A DNA stretch of 64,000 nucleotides from Mobula hypostoma (Eukaryota), in assembly GCF_963921235.1 (NCBI RefSeq), contig NC_086128.1, positions 62,372,001 through 62,436,000 of the forward strand, in the 5' to 3' direction. A model generated the notes under the pieces. It saw only the letters and a list, made by a program, of their open reading frames with translations. It ran no database searches and had not been told where the DNA came from. A program made the position numbers and the translations under genes. This document shows, piece by piece, positions 50,270 through 60,906 of this stretch (position 1 is its first letter; each line of letters begins with the position of its first letter).

Positions 50270-51042
50270 CAGAGAGCGTCAGTGGAGACAAAAGCCCTCC
50301 GGGATCTGCCTCGAAGAGGGCACGCACTGCCTACACCAGCGCACAACTGGTGGAGCTGGAGAAGGAGTTCCATTTTAACCGCTACCTTTGCCGACCCCGC
50401 CGGGTCGAGATGGCCAACCTCCTCAACCTCAGCGAGCGGCAGATCAAGATCTGGTTCCAGAACCGCCGGATGAAGTACAAGAAGGATCAGAAGACAAAGG
50501 GCATGGTGAGCTCTTCCGGGGGGCAGTCACCCACGGGGAGCCCACCACTCTCCGTCCAGGCCCCCGCTGGGTTCGTGAGCGCCATGCACCCGCTGGCCAA
50601 CAACTCCGCCTACGACGACCCCTCACCTCCGCCTTTCAGTAAACCTCACCAGAACACTTATGCCATGACCACGAGTTACCAAAACACCATGAAAAGTTGC
50701 CCAGGTCAACAGCAGAAAAGATATCCCGGAACTGCTCCAGAGTACGATCCCCACGCGATACAGGGGAATGGAGGCTACGGGACGCCAAACATGCAGAGCA
50801 GTCCAGTGTATGTTGGCGGGAACTATGTGGAATCTATGTCTGCTTCTGGGCCTTCTCTCTTTGGCCTCAATCATCTCTCTCACCCGGCCTCCACAAGCAT
50901 GGACTACAACGGTGCTGCTCAGATGACTCCTGGTCAGTCCCATGGACCTTGCGGAGACTCACATCCAACCTACACGGACCTCTCATCGCATCATCCTTCT
51001 CAGGGAAGAATTCAGGAAGTTCCCAAACTTACCCATCTGTAG
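50270..51042 (+). CDS. HOXB3: Homeobox protein Hox-B3, coding exon 2 (homeodomain)
   Basis: Acceptor CAG|CAG at 50269/50272; [61 protein letters not shown] (NLSERQ is B3-typical); C-terminus [13 protein letters not shown]. Spliced CDS is 1188 nt, 395 aa. Candidate polyA signal at 51984. Confidence 0.95.
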
Positions 51043-51365
51043 CAGGTGCGAGTGGGGAGCTTGACTGAGGAAAAGTAAATCATATTATTTCTCTCCTTTC
51101 CACAATAGTCCTCTTTGGTCCATCATCTTTGAGTCTTCTTATTCATGTATGCTGGCTTGTACTAATATACGTTGCTTATATTGCCCCCCTCATCAAACCT
51201 GCCCTCCTATGTAGCATTAACTCACTCCATCCTCCCTGCTCCCTATTCCCCACCTGACTACCACCTCCCCCCACCAACCATTACAATCTTTAGGGTAGAA
51301 ATGATACTTGGTAATGCAAAAACAGCCCTAGAGGTTGCACATTTATTTCTTGGACTTAACGTGAA

Positions 51366-51373
51366 ACAGGGTA
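51366..51373 (+). promoter_or_regulatory. miR-10 8-mer seed match in the HoxB3 3'UTR
   Basis: ACAGGGTA is the reverse complement of miR-10 nt 2-8 plus A1, 324 nt after the stop codon. Confidence 0.7.
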
Positions 51374-52135
51374 AATGAATAAATATTCTGTCCTTTGAGA
51401 AAAGCAAAAGTGAAGACTTTTTTTTGGGGGGGAGGGTATTTGCTGATGCTTGATTTCCTTTGGACACCTGTATTGCACTTATTGTTTACATTTGAATGGG
51501 TGAAACAGCTCATGTGAGGCAAACAATTCTAACTCAGCCTTGAAGGAATCTTTAAAAAAAAATTGAGTAGCTGGTGCGTCTTTCAATATGTGTGTATTCT
51601 GGTGAACATTCAGATATATTTATTGATTAATACCAGGAAAATATTTCTTTTTTTTTGTATTATTTATCCCCGGCAATACGTATTTATATAAAAAAAATAA
51701 AAATCTGTACTTTTTAGTATTTTCCTGTCAAGACAGTTGTATTCACGTCTCTGTAAACAAGTTTATTTTAGTTAATGTAAACTAGAGCAAAATTGTAGTT
51801 TTCTGTTACCATTGTACCTAAAAGAAATAATGTAATTAGTTATATTATAGGCATGGGAACAGAATTGGACAGTAATTGTATAGTCTTGGTTTAGAAAAAT
51901 ATAGCATACCCTACTTTTCTGAGACTCCTTGCCTTCTTTGTAGTTATTCCCATTGCTAACAGTTGTCTGTCAAACAATTCTGGAATAAATCTCTTATTAA
52001 CATATTTTCTTGTATGGATGATATATTCCTGACCATATATCCACCACAAACTGGAAGCTCACTAACATACATTGTGCATCAATGCCCTACTTTTGAGTGG
52101 GCAGATGTGATAACAAAGCTATTGCAATCATTCTT

Positions 52136-52171
<36 letters not shown>

Positions 52172-52321
52172 GTCTGTCTCTGTCTCTGTCTCTGTCTGTC
52201 TGTCTGTCTCTCTCTCTCCCTGTCTTCCCATAAACACACATGCACACTAGCGGTAGCATTTAAGGCAATACCTCTTTTATATGTGCTGCCTAATTAGTTC
52301 TCTGCTGTCTTCTGTCTCTAT

Positions 52322-52414
52322 CGAGGTTTCCCAAGCTGGGGGTCCACGAGTGGACCCCTCGGTTAACGGTAGGGGCCCATGGCATGTATTAAAAAAAAAG
52401 GTTGAGAGCCCCTA
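52322..52414. mobile_element. Degenerate hAT-type MITE (~90 bp)
   Basis: Imperfect terminal inverted repeats GAGGTTTCCCAAGCT ... AGGTTGAGAGCCCCT and an internal palindrome GGGGTCCAC-GA-GTGGACCCC. Confidence 0.6.
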
Positions 52415-54659
52415 ATCTATATTGTTTTAATATCAAGGCCTGTGTATTTGTGTGCGTGTGTGTGTGTGGGGAGGGGGGGGGGATGTAATGTGTGAGTGGG
52501 TATACGGTAAGTATTCAATTATTACTTCTTACAAAACTACAGAATAAAGCACTTCTTCAGCTTGTAAATATCTTTATTACCAAACAAGGTCTAGAGACTT
52601 ACACAAACATTCAGGAATTAATGGGTAAAAACTTTCCATCCGGTGTAATGAGACACCACGTGGTGTCTGGGCAGAGCAGTCATTGGACCTGCAAGAGAAA
52701 CAAAGAAGAAACGCATGAGCTTCCTGCCAAAGTACACAGACCTTTCCAGCTCATTCCATTCAAAATGAAAGATTTTTTTTTCTTTCTCCTCTCTTGGCCT
52801 AGCAATCAACTGCTTTTAAAGTGATGTTATCAGACCAAGACATGCACGAATTTGTATGAGAAATTGATTTTTTTTAAACATTGGTGTGTCTATAAACCAT
52901 GGGAAACAATTGGAAGTGTAAACTGCCTTGAAAACAAATTTGAAAACTGTGTGTGTGTTTGCGCGCGTGTATGTGCGTGTGTGTGTTTCTGAAACGAAAA
53001 TTCGAATCAAATGCTTCTACGTGTTTGACAGCTTAACAATCCCAACAAAACTTTTTTTACGACGTTCTCTTTTTTAAATTAAGTTTATTGGATTTTATGA
53101 GTATCATAACGGAGCCCAGCCAGTCTTTTCATAACAAGCGCGCCAAACATTGCGATCAAAATCGCAACTCTGTAACAATAGCTTTCAGTTAGCTTATCAG
53201 CAGCCCATGGAAAGAAAATCCCAAAGTAAATCTAATTATCTAATCGCGTTTATTTTGAATTATTACGTCGAGTTTTTTTTAAATTTCTATGGACTGATTG
53301 TTTAGGAAGCAATAATGATTTTCTGTACTGTTATCTCATGGACCAAATAACATTCCGTGCTGAATTATAACAACAGAATATTAACTAATTTACGAGTCTG
53401 TATTTATCCCTCAAGGCAAGGATTCATTAATACTTCCGTTAAATGTTATGCCAGTAACACAACAATGAAATTTATGCTGGATTTAGATATGAAGGCGACA
53501 AGAATTAGAGTCAGTTATAAGTTCGGATATTCAATTAAATATTACTGATAACCGATTTAATGTGTACTTAACTAAGGTGAAAACAAAATGTTGTCATTGG
53601 CGAATTTTGCAAAACCTTGGTAATATATTTATTTTAAAACCTTCCCATGCCTGCTGGTAACAATATGAAAGACCAAGCCCCTCCAATCATTTCTTAATTG
53701 TATATTCTGCGATGTGCACCATTTAAAAGAGAAAGCACCAATTCTGCGCGAAAGTTTTCCTAGATCGTTTAACAACTCTCCAGGGTCTTGCAAACACAAT
53801 TTTGCAGCTGATGTCAACTAGTGCAAGAAGGGGGGAGAAAAAAGGGTGCGGCGCCATATTGTTCGATTTTCGACCCCTCGCCGTCCAGAGAGAGAGAGAG
53901 AGAAAAAATATCATTCACCCCGCGGAAAAAAAAATTAAACCTGGTCTTTGATAGCAACTTGCAGAAATGTTTTGATTATCCCGCATTCCTCGGATCTCAA
54001 GTGTAAATTAACCAGTCTGCTAATATCCAACAAGCATTCTCTTTATTGAGCTGTTGGGCGCTGCTTTAAATCTGTGCAATGCGTTACAGATTTGTCTGTA
54101 GCGCTATTTCATATCGGATTCAATTACAAATGTGTATATAGCAAAGCACGGGAAGGCAATCTGTGCACAAAAACGGTATCAAATAAACGACAGAAGTTAT
54201 CTTAGCTATTGCATTTTAACTCGTCGAATCTTTCGGGCAATTTGCTGTTATTTATATTACAGGCATTTCAAAAGCAGGACTACGCATAATTTTAACACGC
54301 GCACAAGGAAAAATAAATTCGCAGCCATCAATTCAAAACAAAACGACACGCCATGATACAGCCTTTTTCTCACGTCATATTTTAACCAATTATTCCTCGG
54401 TCTATGGTCTCTGAGCAACTCCCCACACCGCAGCCATCAGCAACGCGGGCCACAATTATTGTTAATTTCAGCGGTCATGTTTGGCGCATTAAAGAATATT
54501 TTATCTCTGAGCACTTTCTTGCTGAATTAAGAATAGATTTCTTCGCGGCAGGGCCGTTTCAGTGTTGCGGCGTCCTGTGAGGGGCCGCGCTTAAATACTT
54601 GCACCCCCGCACACGCTCTAAGAAACAAAGGTTTCAAGACCCCATTTTTTTTTTACCAA

Positions 54660-55045
54660 TTCATTTCACGTCCCACACAGTGTGCACGAGGAGGAATTGG
54701 GAACCGACACAAGGCTTTGGGATACATTTCACGCCCAAAAGATAGGGCCCTCATTCGGTCGTATTTTTATTTTTATTTTTTTTATTTTGCTTTAGCCGCT
54801 TTGCCAGGGATTTGCAACAAAAAAAAGTTGGCCCGTTTTGTTATTTATATAGGTCGGTGCTGGCGTCTTTGGGTTTAAAAATAAATGCTTTTCATCGCCC
54901 CCCTTTTTTTTTCTTTAAGAAAGGATGGTCAGAAAGGAGAGCCTGGTCGACTTCCTGGCATTTGATATGGGAAGGCGAATTCTTCAGTGTGCTCTCAAAC
55001 CGAAGCTGTCAAGCTGTTCTGTGGCCAAAGATTGATCGCGGCTGT
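54660..55045 (+). promoter_or_regulatory. Hox2 hindbrain / neural-crest enhancer (Krox20 + Box, Meis + Pbx/Hox)
   Basis: CCCACAC Krox20-like site (~54672), GACACAAGG Box-like motif (~54706), Meis CTGTCA (55006-55011) and Pbx/Hox AGATTGATCG (55029-55038), the signature of the Hoxb2 r4 element. Confidence 0.75.
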
Positions 55046-56139
55046 CCTCAGTTCCTTGAGTTTATCTCTTTTTTTTTAAAAAAAAGGTGTCCATTGTAAC
55101 ACTAATGTCGGTCACACTGAAATAGTTTCTGTATAATGTGCTCTGTTCACGTAATCACACATGCATTTTCAATAAACTTTCCTACTTTCAAACTTGTTTT
55201 TTTTATTATTTTAAGAAAATCGTGCCAATTCAACCCCCCTTTTTTAATTTGAAAAAAAAAGACACTTAAATCTATCTATAAAGTTTGGGTAGAGGGGTCG
55301 GATGCGTGAATTGGGGGGAAATAGGTTCATAAACAGAAAGGGAAACTCTGCGAGATTTGGGGGGCTAGACGAGGAGATGAAATTGGTTAAAATAGTTAAC
55401 TCAACAGTTTATCGCCACTGGCAGCCTTATTCAGAGTTAAAAGCCAATACTTACCTAGCTTCGGAAAGCCCTTCTGTGCTTTGCAAAGCTACCACAGAAC
55501 TGCTAAATCCATTCGACCACGGGATAAGACACACTTTGTGACTTGAGTCTAATGAATCTGATATTTAAAGGGATGGACTTTTACCGACTGGGCCTGCAGC
55601 AACTGCCTGGCCGATCCCGTGAAAGTTCCATTTTGTCACTGGCCCCTGTTGTCAAAACTTTGAAGATTAATGAGGCAGCCTGTTAATTACTCAAGTCGCC
55701 AGATTTTAGGTGCAAATCTTCTTCACTTGAATTGCAAAATACTGAGATGTAATTGGGAGAGATAACTCCCCCCCAAATTAAAAAAAAAACCTCTCAACGT
55801 CCAATCTCCAAAATAAAATGACACGGCACAATTAAAAGTGGCGGTGTATAAGGGTAAATTTAAAATTCTGACTTGATAAAATAAAGTGGATTTTTTTTCT
55901 TCACTTTTTTTTAATCAATTGCAGAGATAATGGTTCCTTTTCATTAGACACCAAATTGCCATTGGGTAACGCCAATCATGTGACAACGGATTCGGTCCAA
56001 TTTCAATCTAGACCTCAGATTAATAGAGCCGGTCCCCATACGCCTTGTAATATCAGAGATGCAGAATTAAAGCCTGAAAATATATATATTTCACGACCTA
56101 TAATATTCATAACTTTCTCCATTCGCCATTAAGAAGGCC

Positions 56140-56503
56140 ATGAATTTCGAATTGGAGCGAGAGATTGGTTTCATTAACAGCCAGCCTTCGCTCGCAGAAT
56201 GCCTGACGTCCTACCCTGCTGTCGCTGATACATTTCAAAGTTCATCAATCAAGAGCTCGACGCTTTCACACTCGACACTAATTCCTCCTCCTTTTGAGCA
56301 GACCATCCCAAGCCTGAATCCCAGCAGCAACCAGCCGCGGCCAAGTCGCGAAAAGCGGCCTCCGAATGGCCGTCTCCCATCCGCCGGCGCGGCCGAGTTC
56401 CCGTGGATGAGGGAGAAAAAGTCGGCGAGGAGGTACAACGAAGCCGCTCTGTCATTATCAGCACCAGTCCCCGGGTCATCTCCGACGGCGGAGTCTCCGA
56501 CAG
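56140..56503 (+). CDS. HOXB2: Homeobox protein Hox-B2, coding exon 1
   Basis: [24 protein letters not shown]...EFPWMREKK; donor ACAG|GTCTGC at 56504 is weak but gives the required phase 1 (364 nt). Promoter ATTGG (55961) and CATGTG (55977). Confidence 0.9.
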
Positions 56504-57222
56504 GTCTGCCCGCAGCCCACACATTTAAATCATTATTTTAAATCAACAATTCTGGTTTACAATAAGCGGGTTTTAACTTATTGCATTGGGAAAGGGTTAG
56601 AAACGTAGATGAAAACATTGCATGAGAAAATAATTACAGGGTTACAGCTGACTTCTCTATAAAATGCATTTAAAATTATCCGACATTTCCAGTGGTTAGC
56701 CTCCAGGTGCAGCTTCCTTAAAGTTGAATACTGTGATTTTTTTTGTGTGCGTGTGTGTGTGTGAAAAAAATTCACAGCTATGTTTTGAGGTGCTGTATTT
56801 GCGCTCTCGGCGGCCATGTTGCTAAAACTCGAACCAGCTGCGGGAACTCGCGAGTAAGGGATGTGATTCGCTGCATCGAATTGTCAGTGCGGGGATATTT
56901 ATAAAGATTGTTTTTGTCCGCCGCTTGGAAAGATTGAAATCTTTTTTCACGGGACTACATTTCAATGTTTTTTTTGCCGGGGGTGTGGGGGGGGGGGGTG
57001 GTGGGAGAGGAAAAAAGGCAATAGCCGAAAACGGTGGCGACGAATTGTTTTCACTGTGGATGTTAAAAGANNNNNNNNNNNNNNNNNNNNNNNNNNNNNN
57101 NNNNNNNNNNNNNNNNNNNNNNNNNNNNNNNNNNNNNNNNNNNNNNNNNNNNNNNNNNNNNNNNNNNNNNNNNNNNNNNNNNNNNNNNNNNNNNNNNNNN
57201 NNNNNNCCCTCTCTTTTGTCAG

Positions 57223-57938
57223 ACGTTCACAGCGAGCAGGATAACTGTAGCAGCGCACGGAGGTTAAGGACGGCTTACACAAACACTCAGCTCTTGGAAC
57301 TGGAGAAGGAGTTTCACTTTAATAAGTATCTGTGCAGACCGCGGAGAGTGGAGATCGCTGCCTTGCTGGACCTGACGGAGAGACAAGTTAAAGTCTGGTT
57401 TCAGAACCGGCGCATGAAGCACAAGAGGCAAGCCCAATACAAAGAAAATCAAGGCGGCGGAGTAAGTTTCGCCCGCAGCTCGTTACCAGACGGCGAGGCC
57501 GAGGAGGCATCGCCTTATAACCAGCCGGTCGAGGCGCCGGGGACTTGCCTAGAAAGTAAAAACTGCGCCGATCAGGCACGGAAACAAAGCCAAAACACGC
57601 TGAGCAAAGAACTCCAAAACCTGCAAGCCCTGGCGGGGTGCGGCGGCGACGGTAAAGCGAGGAGTCCTTTCTACCTAACGGGAGCGGCAGACAACGCTTT
57701 ACCGGCTGGCCAAATTTCTGTGGCTGGTCTGGAAACTATCAGCCCGGAGACCCTAGAACTGGTCTCTCTCCCAGATTTAAACTTGTTCTGTTCGGATTCC
57801 TATCTGCCATTCTCCGATGGATTATCTCATAGTATGCAGGGTTCTATCGACAGTCCTCTGGATATCCCCGAGGAGAGTTTTGACTTTTTCACAAGTGCTC
57901 TCTGCACAATAGACTTGCAGCGCCTCGGTTACCAATAA
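57223..57938 (+). CDS. HOXB2: Homeobox protein Hox-B2, coding exon 2 (homeodomain)
   Basis: Acceptor CTCTTTTGTCAG| at 57222; [58 protein letters not shown]; C-terminus [13 protein letters not shown]. Spliced CDS is 1080 nt, 359 aa. Candidate polyA signal at 58386. Confidence 0.94.
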
Positions 57939-59458
57939 CTATTGGATAAATCATAGGTCCAGTGTAGAAATTCAGCCATGTCTTTTTTTTTAAAGTATGT
58001 ACACTGTTTCCTATTTTAAATAACAATAATGTGGAATTTAAAAAAAATCTGTGTGATATGGGATTGATCTCACAGTAATTAATTTATTCTTCAGCCTTGA
58101 CCCGGAGTCTACAAGAATTACAGTCTTTATTGCACAGGTATTTAATTAAATCTAGTTTTATTCAGTTGCAGTTTCGTAAATTATGTCAAAAAATTGTAGA
58201 TTCCCCGTTTCAATACTCAGGAAAACTTATATCCCAAGTTGTACTTATAGTTGAGCTGCTCTGTCTTATAGCTTCCGAGAGGGTAACTGTGACGAGTTGC
58301 TTTATGTTTTAGAGGTAGCCTATTTATTGAAGATACTGAAATAGTGAATTTTAAATTATTTATTGTACGATATTTTCATAGTTTAAATAAAAAGCAACTT
58401 AATTATTTAATGGGTTTGTAGAATGTCTGTGCTTCAAGATGGCTGTCCGTGTGCTTTGTTGGGAATGCTTTTGCAATATGATTTACCCCAGTAATAACTA
58501 TTACTGAAAATATTTGCCGTTACTTGAACCAGTCATCCCCCCACACCCCACAAAAAAACGTGACTCGCAATATTTTGTTTTAGGTCAGGGATTATCTGAT
58601 CACTGTGTGGTCACGGTGGATTTACAACTATCTCACCTTATATAGGATGTGATTAAGTGGCCTTCCCTCCACTGTAAATAACTGACTGCGAGGGTAACCA
58701 AATATTCAGTCTCCTTTGTATCTCTTAGCTCTGCCTTTTGAGTTGTCAGTTGACAGGGCGCAATGTTGGCTTTACCCTTAAAGGTGCTTTGGGTTTGACA
58801 ACCACGCCCCCCTCCCCCTCTCCCCCACCCTATTCCAGAGCCCAAGTACTACACGGTTAGTCATTCAACTCCCCCGTGCAGGTGCAAAGTTTACATTTCC
58901 AGCTCTCCCTCATTCCTAAGGTTTCCAAAACGCAGTCTTCCGGAACATCGTTAAGCGATGCGGCAAATAAATACCCCAAGAACATGTCGAACGGCGAGGG
59001 GCTGCCACCGGGTGGTTCGATGGACAGAGTGGCCGCCTCTTGTTTGTGCTCTGCAGTTGGCGAGTTGTACATTGCGCTGCACGGTCGCCTTAAGTTACGT
59101 TGAGTTTAAAAAAAAATACAAGTGCGCAGCTCAAAAGTTTATTCGGAATCGGAAACGGATGATGCCAAGAGTGGAGCGTAGGGTGGGGGTGGGGGGGGGG
59201 AGCTTCGAGATGCATTCCACGTTCATCCACACGGTTCCGCTTCTTTTCCCTTTCGCCGAATGAACGAATTTCAAGGAGACTTATAAATAGAGACGATATC
59301 TTATTCATGAAACTCATTTTTTTTTGTTATTACAACGAGTGCACCCGGACTGTAGAGAAAGTGTGACATTTCTTCTCTTTCCTATTTTAAAAAATTTATA
59401 TATATATATAAACTTCTCCTTTCCTCTTGAATGCATATCGTGGTCTATATATATATAC

Positions 59459-59510
<52 letters not shown>

Positions 59511-59904
59511 TACGAAAGAGATAGAGCGTTAGTTTTCGACAGAATAGAAAAAGATAAACGAATTTACCAAATATAAACATGGCTCTAGAATCTGAAGAGC
59601 AAAGCTTCACGAAACTTGCCAGAAAATAACTACCGACATCGATCATTGGCTCCCTCTCTCTCTCTAAATAGATATTTTTTTTAATTCACAATTGTGCTCC
59701 ACTTTCTGGGGCTCCCACCCGCCCTCGCGCCCCGCCAGGGGAGCCTTATTTACAAGATGTAATTTTTTTTAACTTAAACTCATACATCAAGCTGCTTTAT
59801 GTATGAAGGAGGTCATTTCGAGAAATCAATCGCACTGACACGAAAATAAATCATATTACGCATTTGCCTAGTCACTGGTGTTTCCAAGCAAGGTATCAAT
59901 CTGT

Positions 59905-60006
59905 CGGAAACGCCTCGCGGAAAATGCTGCCGATCTACGGGAATCTCCAAATCCGGAAACGCCTCGCGGAAAATGCTGCCGATCTACGGGTATCTCCAAA
60001 TCCGGA
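59905..60006 (+). repeat. 49-bp tandem duplication (2 copies, 1 mismatch)
   Basis: CGGAAACGCCTCGCGGAAAATGCTGCCGATCTACGGGWATCTCCAAATC at 59905 and 59954. Confidence 0.95.
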
Positions 60007-60623
60007 GCACCTCACCGCAAAATGGCGCCGTGTGGGTGTGCGGGACGCAAAACACTCACCGTTTAACGATTCTATTTTTATTTCATATTTCAGTTTGCAC
60101 CGAGCTGTCTGCATCATTGCTCCACGCGACTTTAAAGCCCTGTTACATATTTTAATGCTTTAAGCCACTTAATCCTGATTTATTTCGCTTTAAACTTTCC
60201 GCCGGTGCCCCCTTTGTTTGCCGTTTTAAAAAAAAATAGGTTTTGCATATTGATCCTTAATAATTCACGCACATTCTTAATTAATTAATTTATGCTTCCC
60301 TCCCCCACCCACCCCTCCCGGTAGTCCTCCAAATGCAGCCTGCAGTTAGACTGGGGTTGTTGCCCGTTCGGGCTTCTGTAATGCCAGGAAAGATTCCTCT
60401 TGCTCCTTCAGCGACGCGCTCTCGCCAATGCGAAAAAAAAGTCACGAGTCGGCGTGACAAAAACAGACAAACGTAAAGGAACAGGGAGAGAGCAGAACAG
60501 AAAGATGAAGAAACTGACACAGCAGAGAGAAAGCTCGATACAGGCTGTGAATGACTTGAAAGAGAGAAAGCAAAGGCACTCGGCGCGCAGCGGAACTTAC
60601 TGATGGCACGCACAGCCCCGCCG

Positions 60624-60713
60624 CACGCAAAATGTCGGAGGAACTCAGCAGGTCAGGCAGCATCTATGGAGGGGAATAAACAGTCGACGTTTCGGGCCAA
60701 AACCCTTCGTCAG
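60624..60713 (-). mobile_element. Penelope-like retroelement terminal fragment
   Basis: CAAAATGTCGGAGGAACTCAGCAGGTCAGGCAGCATCTATGGAGGGGAATAAACAGTCGACGTTTCGGGCC is a common elasmobranch repeat (from memory) and carries a hammerhead-type core on the - strand. Confidence 0.6.
60681..60713 (-). ncRNA. Minimal hammerhead ribozyme core (stem I incomplete)
   Basis: The minus strand reads CUGACGA-A-GGGU-UUUG-GCCC-GAAA-CGUC-GACUG. Confidence 0.55.
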
Positions 60714-60906
60714 CCCATACTGATACACGCAGCACGGGCATGAACAGATAGACGTACACAAAATGGACAGCAATAGAGGGCGGGGGAGGCGGGGGGGGGG
60801 GTAATGACAGAGCAAGGAACAACTGGAAACACGGGGCCGAAAACAGCAGAGGAAGAGTTACACTACCTAAGTCTAAAAAGTAAATGGCGAATTATTTTCG
60901 CGTATG

